64,000 bases of DNA from an uncultured Lachnobacterium sp. (lineage in GTDB: Bacteria; Bacillota; Clostridia; Lachnospirales; Lachnospiraceae): contig CAYROM010000001.1 of assembly GCA_964425905.1 (NCBI GenBank), forward strand, positions 16,671 through 80,670, given 5' to 3'. Below are positions 20,960 through 31,347 of this stretch, one piece after another. Within the stretch, counting starts at the first letter, position 1, and each line of letters begins with the position of its first letter. The notes beneath the pieces were generated by a model. The model ran no database searches and had not been told where the DNA came from. It worked only from the letters and a program-made list of their open reading frames with translations. The position numbers were made by a program, and so were the translations under genes.

Positions 20960-22102
20960 ATGGAGATTACAGTACAGGAATTAAGAGAGTTAAAAGAAGA
21001 CAGTTACCGGATCATTGATATCAGGGATGAGGTGGAGATCTCCCACGGAGCTATTCCGGGGGCGCTTTCTCTGCGCCCGGATGCCATTGAAGAAAATCCC
21101 GAGGTGGATTTTGAGAAAAAACTGGTGATTTGCTGCAGCAGGGGAAAATTCAGCACGGAGGTAGCGCGGTCGCTCTCGGAAAGGGGATATGATGCGGTAA
21201 GTCTTGCGGGCGGATATATTGCGTGGCTGCTGTCTGAGATGCAGGAGGAGAAGCAGGAGGATATCAGCAGGGATGTTGAATCCAGTATCCGAAAGAAGTT
21301 CCGGAAAAATATCTGGTGTAAATTTACAAAGGCGATCAATCAGTATGAGCTGGTAAAGGAGGGCGACTGCATAGCGGTATGCATTTCCGGCGGTAAGGAT
21401 TCCATGCTGATGGCAAAGCTGTTTCAGGAACTGAAGCTGCACAACAAGTTTGCTTTTGAGGTCAAATTCCTTGTGATGGATCCGGGATACAGTCCCGCCA
21501 ATCGAAGGGTGATTGAAGAGAATGCAAAAAAGCTTAAGGTTCCGATCACCATATTTGAGTCGGATATATTTGAGTCGGTGTATCATATAGAAAAGTCCCC
21601 GTGCTATCTGTGTGCAAGAATGAGAAGGGGCTATCTGTACAGCTTTGCAAGGGAGCTGGGCTGCAATAAGATTGCCCTCGGGCACCATTATGACGACGTG
21701 ATCGAGACGATACTTATGGGGATGTTATATGGCGCCCAGATGCAGACCATGATGCCGAAGCTGCACAGTACAAATTTTGAGGGGATGGAGCTGATCCGGC
21801 CGATGTACCTGATTCGTGAGGATGACATCAAGGCATGGAGGGATTACAACGGGCTTCATTTTATACAATGCGCCTGCAAGTTTACCGATACCTGCACGAC
21901 CTGCAACAATGAAGAGAATCGCTCCAAGCGCGTGGAAATAAAGGAGCTTATCAGGGAATTAAAGAAAAAAAATCCTTTTGTGGAGGGCAATATTTTTAAA
22001 AGCGTGGAAAATGTAAATCTGGATACTTTGATCGCCTATAAGCAGGATGGTAAACGGCATCATTTTCTGGACACATACGATGATTTCGGGAAGGAAAACT
22101 GA
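20960..22102 (+). CDS. Rhodanese domain fused to a PP-loop ATPase of the TtcA/tRNA-thiolation family
   Basis: N-terminal rhodanese (~100 aa, Cys in LVICCSRGKFS). PP-loop SGGKDS. C-terminal Cys cluster CACKFTDTCTTC. Confidence 0.65.
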   Translation: MEITVQELRELKEDSYRIIDIRDEVEISHGAIPGALSLRPDAIEENPEVDFEKKLVICCSRGKFSTEVARSLSERGYDAVSLAGGYIAWLLSEMQEEKQEDISRDVESSIRKKFRKNIWCKFTKAINQYELVKEGDCIAVCISGGKDSMLMAKLFQELKLHNKFAFEVKFLVMDPGYSPANRRVIEENAKKLKVPITIFESDIFESVYHIEKSPCYLCARMRRGYLYSFARELGCNKIALGHHYDDVIETILMGMLYGAQMQTMMPKLHSTNFEGMELIRPMYLIREDDIKAWRDYNGLHFIQCACKFTDTCTTCNNEENRSKRVEIKELIRELKKKNPFVEGNIFKSVENVNLDTLIAYKQDGKRHHFLDTYDDFGKEN

Positions 22103-22834
22103 TTGGGAAGAGAAAAATTACATAAGATATTACAGGAGATTTCCGGAGTTTTGTTTCCGGCGCGCTGTGTTGTGTGCGGCGGGGTAATGGAGGCGGAGGA
22201 CGGACAGCTGCATAGAGAGTGCGGAAAGAAATTGTTTCCGGTCAAAGAACCCGTATGTATGCATTGCGGCAGACCGCTTCCCTCAGACATATATGAATTC
22301 TGCTGCGACTGCGGAAGGAAAAAGGTATTTTCTTTTTGTCAGGGGAAGGCGCTTTATCTATATGCCGGAGATGTCAAAAAAACCATGTACCGCTTTAAGT
22401 ACGGCAACAAAAGGGAGTATGGAGGCTTTTTTGCCGAAAGGGCGTTTGAAGAGTACGGAGATTGGATCGCCGGGGCAGAAATAGAGGTTATCGTGCCGGT
22501 TCCCATGTACCGGAAAAAGGAAAAACGCCGGGGATATAATCAGGCGTATGTATTTGCAAAGGAATTGTCCTATCTGTGCGGCGTACCGGTTAAGAGACTG
22601 GTAAAAAGAGTGAAGGATACGCTGCCCCAGAAAAAGCTAAGCGGCGCGGAACGCAAAAATAATATGAAAAATGCTTTTCAGACTACGGAAAATATTGTAG
22701 AATATAAACGGGTATTACTGGTAGATGATATATATACTACGGGCAGTACGGCGGATGCAGCGGCAGAGACCCTGCGTGCGGCCGGCGTAGATGAAGTCTA
22801 TTTCCTTAGCATATGTATTGGAAAAGGGGTATAG
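22103..22834 (+). CDS. comFC: ComF-family protein (ComFC-like phosphoribosyltransferase domain)
   Basis: N-terminal CxxC...CxxC zinc finger. C-terminal PRTase motif VLLVDDIYTTGST. Confidence 0.75.
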   Translation: MGREKLHKILQEISGVLFPARCVVCGGVMEAEDGQLHRECGKKLFPVKEPVCMHCGRPLPSDIYEFCCDCGRKKVFSFCQGKALYLYAGDVKKTMYRFKYGNKREYGGFFAERAFEEYGDWIAGAEIEVIVPVPMYRKKEKRRGYNQAYVFAKELSYLCGVPVKRLVKRVKDTLPQKKLSGAERKNNMKNAFQTTENIVEYKRVLLVDDIYTTGSTADAAAETLRAAGVDEVYFLSICIGKGV

Positions 22835-22846
22835 GAGGAATTACTG

Positions 22847-23254
22847 ATGGATGTGCGTAATTGTAGAAACTGCGGAAGGCTGTTCAATGTCCTGGCCGAC
22901 GAAAGGATTTGCCCGTCATGCAGACAAAAGCTTGAAAATAAATTTCAGGAAGTAAAGGAATATCTGAACGATCACCCGAATGCATCGGTCGATGAGGTAT
23001 CAATGGAAAATGAGGTGACTGTTAAGCAGATCAGACAATGGATCAGGGAGGAGCGCCTTACATTCTCGGAGAATTCCCTTGAGGGCATAGATTGCGAAAT
23101 GTGCGGGAAAATAATCAAAACCGGGCGTTTTTGCGACAGCTGCAAGGCTAAGCTGGCAAATAACCTTATGAGTGCATATGATAAGCCGAAGAAAAAGGAA
23201 CCGGATAAAAAGAACGGAATCAATCGCGACGGGAACAGAATGAGGTTCTTATAA
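22847..23254 (+). CDS. YvyF-like zinc-ribbon protein (flagellar-operon protein family TIGR03826)
   Basis: CRNCGRLF....CPSC at the N-terminus and CEMCGK....CDSC later, in the YvyF pattern. Sits next to comFC as in the B. subtilis comF-yvyF arrangement. Confidence 0.55.
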   Translation: MDVRNCRNCGRLFNVLADERICPSCRQKLENKFQEVKEYLNDHPNASVDEVSMENEVTVKQIRQWIREERLTFSENSLEGIDCEMCGKIIKTGRFCDSCKAKLANNLMSAYDKPKKKEPDKKNGINRDGNRMRFL

Positions 23255-23271
23255 TTCAATAGCAGCTAACA

Positions 23272-23302
23272 CCCCGGAAAATCCATTCCGGGGATTTTTT
23301 AT
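23272..23302 (+). terminator. Rho-independent terminator
   Basis: CCCCGGAA and TTCCGGGG form a perfect 8-bp stem with loop AATCCA, followed by ATTTTTTAT. Confidence 0.65.
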
Positions 23303-23371
23303 ATTATTCTTTGAAAATGTGTTGTACTATGCTATAATTATGTATAGTATTGCTGAACCAAAGGAGAGTAT

Positions 23372-23776
23372 ATGATCAACGAAGAACGTGTCAAAGAAAT
23401 GTATCATATGGCGGTTTACGATCAGAGTGAGGACCGGCAGGCAAAACAAATAAGTGAATACTACCGCAGGGATTATATCGGAAAGGAACTGCTGAAGAGT
23501 TTTTTCTCCGGTACGATCGCGTTTGTCCTGATTGCCGCGCTGCTTCTGTTTGGGGTGGCTGAGGATGTGATCGACCGTCTGAGTTCCGTGAATCTGGTTG
23601 AGGCCGGTGCCATGCTGTTGGTTTTATATGCCGCATTTGAATTTTTATATTTAATTGTTACTGTCAGAATTTACCGTGCGCGCTATCATAATGGAAGGAC
23701 AGAGCTTAAAAAATATTATAAGCATCTTAAGACGGTCAACAGGATGTACAGCCGCGAGGAGAAGTTGAAGGTATAG
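23372..23776 (+). CDS. Hypothetical small membrane protein
   Basis: 134 aa with two TM helices. Preceded by a TTGAAA-N16-TATAAT promoter-like element. Confidence 0.4.
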   Translation: MINEERVKEMYHMAVYDQSEDRQAKQISEYYRRDYIGKELLKSFFSGTIAFVLIAALLLFGVAEDVIDRLSSVNLVEAGAMLLVLYAAFEFLYLIVTVRIYRARYHNGRTELKKYYKHLKTVNRMYSREEKLKV

Positions 23777-23785
23777 GAGGCATCT

Positions 23786-24835
23786 ATGACACAATTGTTA
23801 GAAATAAAGGACAAGATAATAAAATTTGTCGCGTGCTATGAGGTATATGTGCGCATGATCGCAAAGTTTATCATGGCACTCATTCTTTTATGCATAATCA
23901 ATTCCAATATCGGATATATGGCAGCGGTCAGCAAATTGCCGGTGGCTCTGATCCTGGCGCTGGTGTGCTGCCTGCTTCCGGCAAACGGAACGATTTGGAT
24001 CGCTTCGTTTGTTGTCCTTTTGGATATGTATGCACTTTCGGTGGAAGCGGCGCTTGTGACGCTGGTCCTCCTTGCGGTCATCTATTTTTTGTATTTTCGC
24101 TTTACACCAAAGGACGGAACAGCGGTGGTTCTTACCCCGATTGCATTCAAGTTCAACATCCCTTATGTGATGCCGATAGCGGCGGGGCTCCTCGGCTCGG
24201 TCTACTCGATTTTGTCTGTTGTATGCGCAACGATACTGTTCTATTTCATCGAGGGCATCCATCATAATGCAACGACTCTTATCGGGACTGTGTCGGAGGA
24301 GGCGGACAGCAGCACCTCCAAGATCAATGTTATTGTGGCGCAGCTGACCGGTAACAAGGAGATGTTCTTTACGATCGGGGTTTTTGTCGTTGCTTTTCTG
24401 ATCGTATATGCGGTGCGGAAAATGGAGATCGAGCATTCATGGGTGATCGCGATCATCGCAGGAGGGCTGTTTGAAATTGTTAGCTTGTTTGCGGGCTATA
24501 TCATCATGAACAGTTCCGGTAAGATACTTGGGCTGATACTTGGAGGGATTGTTTCCATGCTCATAGGATATGGAATCAAATTCTTTTTTATGGATCTTGA
24601 TTATGCCCGGACGGAGCGGGTTCAGTTTCAGGACGATGAATACTTTTATTATGTGAAGGCGGTTCCGAAGAAGATGGTTGCCTCAAAGGAAAAAACGGTC
24701 AAACATTTCGGGACGACCGGAAGTATGGGAAAACTGATCGACCACAGCAAGAGCAATACCAGCGCGCCGGACGAGGAGGTGAGCCGCAAGGTGATCGCCC
24801 AGGAACTGGATATTGATGAAAAACTGTTAAAATAA
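23786..24835 (+). CDS. Hypothetical polytopic membrane protein
   Basis: 349 aa with several TM segments and a charged C-terminal tail. RBS GGAGG. Confidence 0.4.
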   Translation: MTQLLEIKDKIIKFVACYEVYVRMIAKFIMALILLCIINSNIGYMAAVSKLPVALILALVCCLLPANGTIWIASFVVLLDMYALSVEAALVTLVLLAVIYFLYFRFTPKDGTAVVLTPIAFKFNIPYVMPIAAGLLGSVYSILSVVCATILFYFIEGIHHNATTLIGTVSEEADSSTSKINVIVAQLTGNKEMFFTIGVFVVAFLIVYAVRKMEIEHSWVIAIIAGGLFEIVSLFAGYIIMNSSGKILGLILGGIVSMLIGYGIKFFFMDLDYARTERVQFQDDEYFYYVKAVPKKMVASKEKTVKHFGTTGSMGKLIDHSKSNTSAPDEEVSRKVIAQELDIDEKLLK

Positions 24836-24936
24836 AAATATAAAAAAGATTAAGAACTATCTAAGAATTTGGACACGGTTTGTTCACAAGGCGTCTGTAT
24901 GATAGGAAAATTGGAAAAATAAGGAAAGGAGAGGCG

Positions 24937-25842
24937 ATGGAAAATATATCGGGAATGTTAAGCGGATTCTGGGAACAGACATTTGGCATACTGGGATTGT
25001 CTGATGTTGTCATAAATCCGGTGGATGTTATCGAGATTTTGATCATCTCTTTCCTCTTTTACCAAGTGCTTCTTTGGATTAAAAATACCAGAGCATGGAA
25101 TCTGTTCAAGGGAATTGTTGTGATCTTGCTCTTTGTACTGGTGGCGGCGGTCTGCCAGATGAGTACGATTCTCTGGCTGGCAGAAAATCTGCTGAATGTA
25201 GGTCTTATTGCGCTTGTAATCATTTTCCAGCCGGAATTGCGAAAGGCGCTGGAAAATCTGGGGAATAAAAATATCTTCGGAAGATTTCTGGCGATTGGAA
25301 AGGGTGAGAGCAGCAAATTTTCGGACAAGACGATCGATGAATTGATCAAGGCGTGTTATGCGATGGGAAAAGTTAAGACAGGAGCCCTGATTGTTATTGA
25401 GGATTCCATTAGTCTGGATGAATATATCCGCACGGGAATCGATGTGGACGCGATTCTTACCAGTCAGCTTCTGATTAACATATTTGAGAAAAATACGCCT
25501 CTTCATGACGGCGCTGTTGTTGTGCGCAGGGACAGGGTGGTATCTGCTACCTGTTATCTGCCGCTGTCGGACAGTATGAATTTGAGCAAGGATCTGGGTA
25601 CCCGGCATCGGGCGGCGGTGGGGATCAGCGAGGTGAGCGATTCCATGACGATCGTTGTATCCGAGGAGACCGGAAAGGTTTCTATTGCAATCAGGGGACG
25701 TATTTATCATGATGTCAGCGCAGAATTTCTCAAGGAAAAGCTGCAGTACATGCAGAACCGCAGTCATGAGCCGACGGCTCTGGAGCTTTTGAAAAGGAGG
25801 ATTAGGAATGGCAAAGAAGTTTCTAAAAACTCTGGTAAATAA
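24937..25842 (+). CDS. cdaA: Diadenylate cyclase CdaA (c-di-AMP synthase, DisA_N domain)
   Basis: Three N-terminal TM helices, then a DAC domain with DGAVVV, TRHRAA and SEETG motifs. Start ATG 24937 after GGAGAGG. Confidence 0.85.
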   Translation: MENISGMLSGFWEQTFGILGLSDVVINPVDVIEILIISFLFYQVLLWIKNTRAWNLFKGIVVILLFVLVAAVCQMSTILWLAENLLNVGLIALVIIFQPELRKALENLGNKNIFGRFLAIGKGESSKFSDKTIDELIKACYAMGKVKTGALIVIEDSISLDEYIRTGIDVDAILTSQLLINIFEKNTPLHDGAVVVRRDRVVSATCYLPLSDSMNLSKDLGTRHRAAVGISEVSDSMTIVVSEETGKVSIAIRGRIYHDVSAEFLKEKLQYMQNRSHEPTALELLKRRIRNGKEVSKNSGK

Positions 25843-27229
25843 TTTTGGCTTTAAAATTCTTGCGGTGATTTTTGCATGTGTGCTGTGGATCGTTGTCTAT
25901 AATATAAATGATCCGACGCAGACAAAGACCTATACCTCCCATGTTACGATCGAAAACGCGGACGCGATTTCGGAAATGAGCAAATATTATGAGATATTGG
26001 AGGGATCGAACAGCGTATCCTTTTCAGTTTCCGCAAAGAAAAGCGTTCTGGAGAAAATCGACGAAAGCGATTTTTCCGTGATGGCGGATATGAGCACGGT
26101 GGTCATTAGCGAGGACGGGACCACGGGGACCGTTAAAATCAATATTAGCTGCAGCAAGTATGACAATTCGCTGAAATATAACGGTAAAAGTAAGTATCTG
26201 CTGATCGGGCTTGAGGATTTGATGTCGAAGCAGTTTGTAATCACGGCAAACACCGACGGCACGGTGGCAGGCGGCTATGCGTTGGGAACCGTTTCCGTAT
26301 CCGGCACAAATGTGCTGAAGGTTTCCGGCCCGGCGTCGGTAGTCAGCCAAATCGCATCGGTAAGCGCAACGATCAATGTGGACGGTATATCCACAAGTAT
26401 ATCAAATGACGTTCTTCCCGTTCTGTACGACGCGGACGGAAACGTGATCGATACGACCAAACTGACCCTTAGCATAACAACGGCGACTATTAATGCAACG
26501 GTATTAGGAATGAAGGAGATTCCTCTGTATTTTAGCTCCACAGGAAAGCCGGGAGCCGGTTATTCTGTTGTAGGGGTAACCTCGGAGCAGGAGACGATCC
26601 AGGTAAAGGGGGCTTCAAGCGTCCTCAATACGCTGACGGCATTGGAGATCCCGGCGGAAGTTCTCAACGTGGAGGGAATGACGGATTCTCTTACAACGAC
26701 GATCGATATCAGCGAGTATCTGCCGGAGGGCTGCGAGCTTGTGGACAACAGGCAGTCGGTGGTGTCGGTGACGGTACAGATCGAACTCTACGAGTCAAGG
26801 ACCTATACGGTGCCGGTTTCCTATATTTCGATTGAAGGATTGGCAGATGACAGGTCCCTTGCATATAATAATTTGACGGTGGAGGTAGAGATCGGGGGCG
26901 TGGCGAGCGTTTTGGATGCGCTGGAGTCCTCGTCGCTGCGGTTTGTCCTGAATGCATCGAATCTTTCCGTGGGCACACATATTGTCAAATTGGAATTGTC
27001 GGATGAGAATGCGGATTATGATCTGATTGAGGGAGAGGCGGAAGTCGTTGTAACGAGAAAAACAATTTCGGGCAGCAATAGCGGCGCAGCTTCCGGTACG
27101 GGCAGCTCCGCAAATAATACCGGCAGCACGGAGAATGGTACAGGCGGAACGGAATCCGGCGGAACCGGCAGCGATGAAGACGGCAGCACGGATGATTCCG
27201 GGGATCAGGGCGATGATACAGGAGAATAA
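25808..27229 (+). CDS. cdaR: CdaA regulatory protein CdaR (YbbR-like repeats)
   Basis: N-terminal TM and repeated YbbR-like beta-rich domains. Overlaps the cdaA end. Acidic G/S/T/D-rich C-terminal tail. Confidence 0.75.
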   Translation: MAKKFLKTLVNNFGFKILAVIFACVLWIVVYNINDPTQTKTYTSHVTIENADAISEMSKYYEILEGSNSVSFSVSAKKSVLEKIDESDFSVMADMSTVVISEDGTTGTVKINISCSKYDNSLKYNGKSKYLLIGLEDLMSKQFVITANTDGTVAGGYALGTVSVSGTNVLKVSGPASVVSQIASVSATINVDGISTSISNDVLPVLYDADGNVIDTTKLTLSITTATINATVLGMKEIPLYFSSTGKPGAGYSVVGVTSEQETIQVKGASSVLNTLTALEIPAEVLNVEGMTDSLTTTIDISEYLPEGCELVDNRQSVVSVTVQIELYESRTYTVPVSYISIEGLADDRSLAYNNLTVEVEIGGVASVLDALESSSLRFVLNASNLSVGTHIVKLELSDENADYDLIEGEAEVVVTRKTISGSNSGAASGTGSSANNTGSTENGTGGTESGGTGSDEDGSTDDSGDQGDDTGE

Positions 27230-27261
27230 GGCAATTTGAATAATAAAGGAGAAGTAAGGAT

Positions 27262-28611
27262 ATGGGTAGATTGTTTGGGACGGACGGTGTCCGAGGTGTG
27301 GCCGGTACGGAGCTTTCTATTGAGCTTGCAACAAAGCTCGGTCAGGCAGGGGCGTATGTCCTGACGAAGGAAACGTCGCACCAGCCCACGATCATTGTGG
27401 GATGCGACACCAGAATATCGGGGGGAATGCTGGCGAACGCCCTCATGGCGGGAATCTGTTCCGTTGGGGCGAATGCGATTTTTGTCGGAGTAGTTCCGAC
27501 TCCGGCGATTGCGTATCTGACAAGAAGGCATAAGGTGGACGCCGGAGTTGTGATCTCCGCTTCCCACAATCCGATGGAGTTTAATGGAATTAAATTCTTT
27601 AACAGCGACGGTTACAAGCTCTCGGACGAGTTGGAGGACGAGATCGAGACCCTTATCGGGAGGGATATGGAAGGCATCGTATTTCCGATTGGATCGGGAA
27701 TCGGAAAAGTGGAGTACCGCTTTGACATCCGCGACGAGTATGTAGAATTTGAAAAAAAAACCGTACCGGTGGATCTGTCCGGCGTAAAGATCGTGGCAGA
27801 CTGTGCGGAGGGAGCCAGTTTTTACACATCGGTAAAGACCTTGAAGGATCTGGGGGCTGAACTGATTGCAATCCATACGAATCCGGATGGAACAAACATT
27901 AATGCAAACTGCGGTTCTACCCATATGGATGAGCTTAAGGCGCGGGTGGTATCGGAACATGCGGATATTGGGATCGCATTTGACGGGGATGCCGATCGTA
28001 TGCTCGCGGTGGACGAGAAGGGAAATATGGTGGATGGCGATGAGATCATGGCGATCTGCGGGAATTTTCTTCGTCAAAAGGGTAAGCTTGCAAAGGATAC
28101 AATTGTTGTCACGGTGATGACGAATCTTGGTTTTACTCTCATGGGAGAAAGAGAGGGCATCCATATCGAAAAAACTAAGGTCGGCGACCGGTATGTGCTG
28201 GAGAATATGCTGGAAAACGGATATAACATGGGGGGCGAACAGTCCGGGCATATCATTTTCCTTGATGACAATACAACCGGGGACGGTCTGCTCAGCGCGC
28301 TTCATCTGCTGGAGGTGATGGTGGAGACAAAGAGGCCGCTTTCCGAACTGAAGGAGATTATGGAAGTGCTGCCTCAGGCGTTGGTAAATGCAAAGGTTCC
28401 GAACCATAAGAAGGAAAGCTACATGGAATATGCGGAAATTGCGGAGGCGATCGCTGATCTGGAGAGACGGTTTGCGGGGGAAGGAAGAGTGCTGATACGT
28501 CCATCGGGGACAGAACCGCTTGTGCGTGTTATGATCGAGGGCAAAGAACAGAAGGTAATCGAGGAAGAAGCGATAAAATTGGCTGATCTGATCCAGAAGG
28601 TCATGCTGTAA
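27262..28611 (+). CDS. glmM: Phosphoglucosamine mutase
   Basis: LFGTDGVRG and the active-site SASHNP motif. 449 aa. Completes the conserved cdaA-cdaR-glmM operon. Confidence 0.9.
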   Translation: MGRLFGTDGVRGVAGTELSIELATKLGQAGAYVLTKETSHQPTIIVGCDTRISGGMLANALMAGICSVGANAIFVGVVPTPAIAYLTRRHKVDAGVVISASHNPMEFNGIKFFNSDGYKLSDELEDEIETLIGRDMEGIVFPIGSGIGKVEYRFDIRDEYVEFEKKTVPVDLSGVKIVADCAEGASFYTSVKTLKDLGAELIAIHTNPDGTNINANCGSTHMDELKARVVSEHADIGIAFDGDADRMLAVDEKGNMVDGDEIMAICGNFLRQKGKLAKDTIVVTVMTNLGFTLMGEREGIHIEKTKVGDRYVLENMLENGYNMGGEQSGHIIFLDDNTTGDGLLSALHLLEVMVETKRPLSELKEIMEVLPQALVNAKVPNHKKESYMEYAEIAEAIADLERRFAGEGRVLIRPSGTEPLVRVMIEGKEQKVIEEEAIKLADLIQKVML

Positions 28612-28624
28612 GGGGGAAAACAAT

Positions 28625-28888
28625 TTGGTAACGCAAAAGATCAAAATTACGAATCCGACGGGACTGCATCTGCGCCCGGCAGGAAATCTGTGCCGGGAGG
28701 CGATGAAGTACAAAAGCCGGATCACCTTTGATTATAGTGGAAACACAGCAAATGCGAAGAGCGTGCTTAGTGTGCTGGGCGCATGTATAAAATGCGGAGA
28801 TGAGATCACTTTGATCTGCGAAGGTGAAGATGAAGAAAAAGCAATAAAGGCATTGGTTGATTTTATAAGGGATGGACTTGGCGAATAG
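28625..28888 (+). CDS. HPr-family phosphocarrier protein
   Basis: TTG start after AAGGGGGAA. His15 sits in the PTGLHLRPAG context, and the Ser46-region AKSVLSVLG is conserved. 87 aa. Confidence 0.65.
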   Translation: MVTQKIKITNPTGLHLRPAGNLCREAMKYKSRITFDYSGNTANAKSVLSVLGACIKCGDEITLICEGEDEEKAIKALVDFIRDGLGE

Positions 28889-28906
28889 ATAATACGAAGG
28901 TGCAGT

Positions 28907-29899
28907 ATGGAAAGAACACTTAGCGTAATTGTACCAGCCTATAATGTTGAAAATTATATAGAGCGGTGTCTGGATTCCTTCTTAAATCTTCGGGCGCTGC
29001 GGGATATGGAGATATTGATCGTTGACGACGGCTCTACGGATCAAACGGCGGAGCTTGCCGAAAAGTACTGCCAGAAGTATCCGGATCAGTTCCGCCTGTT
29101 TTCCAGGGAAAATGGGGGACATGGATCGGCAGTCAACTATGGTATTCAAATTGCCTCGGGAAAATATTTGAAAGTAGTGGATGGAGACGACTGGCTGGAA
29201 CGGGAGGCGCTGCCGGAGTTTATCGCAACGCTTAAGTCGATCGAATCCGATGTGGTCGCAAACGATTTTGTGCGGGTTCTTGATACAAATGGGAAGGAAA
29301 AGAGACAGCGCGTTGCAAAAAACTCTTACCATTACCGGCGGGAATGGGGATTTGCGGAGGCAGTCAATGAGCCGATCATTCCGATCCAGGCAATGACGGT
29401 AAAAACGGAAATCTGGAGGAACAATCAGTTAAAAGTAGACGAAGACTGCTTTTATGAGGATCAGGAGTTTGTCCTGTATCCGATCCCTTACAGTACCACC
29501 GTATACTACGATCCTCTTGTGGTCTATCATTATCGGGTCGGAAGAGAGGGGCAGAGCATAGATATCCGTTCTTTACAGAAAAACAGAGAACAACATTTGC
29601 AGATCATCGAGGCATTGTTTGTCTACAACAGCAGATACAAGAATATCCCGCAATATAAAAAGCAATACTTAGAACAGGGAATTGCAGATATCGTGGACCG
29701 GCAGTACGGAATCTATATGTCATTGGGGAATACAGAGGGCATATTTGCCGAGATGAAAGCCTTTGATCAGCGGATTTTCCGGGAACATCCGGGGGTATAT
29801 ATGAGGACAAGGAGCCGGAGGGTAAGGCTGATCCGGAAAATGGATTTTCACGTTTGGCCGGCGCTGGTGAAACATGCCGCTGTGTTTTGGGAAAAATGA
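28907..29899 (+). CDS. Family 2 glycosyltransferase
   Basis: LSVIVPAYNVENYI and ILIVDDGSTD are GT2 signatures. Confidence 0.75.
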   Translation: MERTLSVIVPAYNVENYIERCLDSFLNLRALRDMEILIVDDGSTDQTAELAEKYCQKYPDQFRLFSRENGGHGSAVNYGIQIASGKYLKVVDGDDWLEREALPEFIATLKSIESDVVANDFVRVLDTNGKEKRQRVAKNSYHYRREWGFAEAVNEPIIPIQAMTVKTEIWRNNQLKVDEDCFYEDQEFVLYPIPYSTTVYYDPLVVYHYRVGREGQSIDIRSLQKNREQHLQIIEALFVYNSRYKNIPQYKKQYLEQGIADIVDRQYGIYMSLGNTEGIFAEMKAFDQRIFREHPGVYMRTRSRRVRLIRKMDFHVWPALVKHAAVFWEK

Positions 29900-29906
29900 G
29901 GTTGCT

Positions 29907-31346
29907 ATGTATAAGAAGATAAATCCGGGATGGATTAAGCACTGGGATTTTGAATTTTTAGATATCGTATGCCTTGAGATGGCGTTCTTTATTGCATATG
30001 GAATCCGCCATATTGATGTATTTCCGTATCTGCCGCGAATGTATATGCGTCTGAGCATTTTGCTCTTTGCCTTTGATCTTGTCGTTGTGTTTCTTTCGAA
30101 TAATTATAAGGGTATATTAGAGCGCAATAAGACGCAGGAGTTGTGGGCGGTGATTCAACATGTGACGGTTGTAGAGCTGCTGCTTCTTTTGTACGAGTAT
30201 GTTGTACAGGAATCTAATGAATTTTCCCGTACCGTATTTTTTCTGAGCTGGGGTGTTGGGACGATATTCTGTCTTGCAGGAAGGCTTGTGCTGAAAAAGA
30301 TGGTTCGCGCGAGGATCACTTCCGAGAAGAATCAGACCCGTATGATGGTTCTGGTATCCGGCCAACACGTTTATCCGTGCATTCACCAGCTATTGCGGAA
30401 GACATGGAGGAGTTATAAAATCAGCGCGATCGCGCTGCCAAACGATACGGAACACCATGACCGCATTGATGCGAATATTCCCATTTTATTCGGGAAAAAA
30501 CAGATGGTGGAATATGTCCGACAGGGAATTGTCGATGAGGTCTATATTGATACTTTTGTGAACCGGGAGGATTTAAACCAGCAGGTGGATCTGTTTTTGA
30601 GCATGGGGATCACCGTACACATCGGCATGGGATTTTTACCGGAAAATCTGCCGAATCAGATCGTGGAAAAGATGGGAGAAGCCTATGTGGTTACGACCGC
30701 GGTTAAGACGGCAAGCGGACTTCAGATTGCGCTAAAGAGGCTGATCGATATTGCAGGGGCGGTTGTTGGGCTGATTTTTACGGCGGTTATTTTTGTTTTT
30801 GTAGCGCCGGCGATAAAACTTGCGTCGCCCGGACCGATATTTTTCTCCCAGGAACGCATCGGAAAGAACGGACGCCCTTTTAAAATGTACAAGTTCCGCT
30901 CCATGCACGTCAATGCGGAGGCGCATCAAAAGGATTTGATGGATCAAAATGAGATGCAGGGACTGATGTTTAAGGTCGAGAACGATCCCCGTGTAATTGG
31001 GAGTGAGAAGGGGCCGGGGAAGGGAGTGGGAAATTTTATCCGCAGGACGAGTCTTGACGAATTTCCGCAGTTTTGGAATGTGTTAAAGGGAGAAATGAGT
31101 CTGGTTGGGACAAGGCCGCCCACAAAGGCGGAATATGAGCGGTATGCCCTGCACCATAAAATCCGCCTTTCCATGAAGCCCGGGATTACAGGACTTTGGC
31201 AGATCAGCGGAAGGAATGAGATTACTAATTTTGAGAAAGTGGTAGAGCTTGATACCGCATATATAGAGAATTGGTCATTGGTATTAGACATCAGGATACT
31301 GTTTTTGACTATCGGAACGGTGTTGAGCAGAAAGGGATCAAAGTAG
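29907..31346 (+). CDS. Polyprenyl-phosphate hexose-1-phosphate transferase, WbaP/CpsE type (full-length priming enzyme)
   Basis: N-terminal TM block and C-terminal Bac_transf motifs ([35 protein letters not shown]). Start ATG 29907 after GAGGTTG. Confidence 0.8.
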   Translation: MYKKINPGWIKHWDFEFLDIVCLEMAFFIAYGIRHIDVFPYLPRMYMRLSILLFAFDLVVVFLSNNYKGILERNKTQELWAVIQHVTVVELLLLLYEYVVQESNEFSRTVFFLSWGVGTIFCLAGRLVLKKMVRARITSEKNQTRMMVLVSGQHVYPCIHQLLRKTWRSYKISAIALPNDTEHHDRIDANIPILFGKKQMVEYVRQGIVDEVYIDTFVNREDLNQQVDLFLSMGITVHIGMGFLPENLPNQIVEKMGEAYVVTTAVKTASGLQIALKRLIDIAGAVVGLIFTAVIFVFVAPAIKLASPGPIFFSQERIGKNGRPFKMYKFRSMHVNAEAHQKDLMDQNEMQGLMFKVENDPRVIGSEKGPGKGVGNFIRRTSLDEFPQFWNVLKGEMSLVGTRPPTKAEYERYALHHKIRLSMKPGITGLWQISGRNEITNFEKVVELDTAYIENWSLVLDIRILFLTIGTVLSRKGSK

Positions 31347-31347
31347 T

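Noticed and set aside
27205-28725. 506-aa minus-strand ORF, with similar long antisense ORFs at 24958-25767, 12899-13696, 9582-10190 and 20990-21688
   Set aside because: All lie fully inside + strand genes with unmistakable family motifs (glmM, cdaA, ctp, the PucR regulator, rhodanese-TtcA). Their translations are low-complexity and Arg/Ser/Pro-rich, typical of antisense frames of GC-rich coding DNA.
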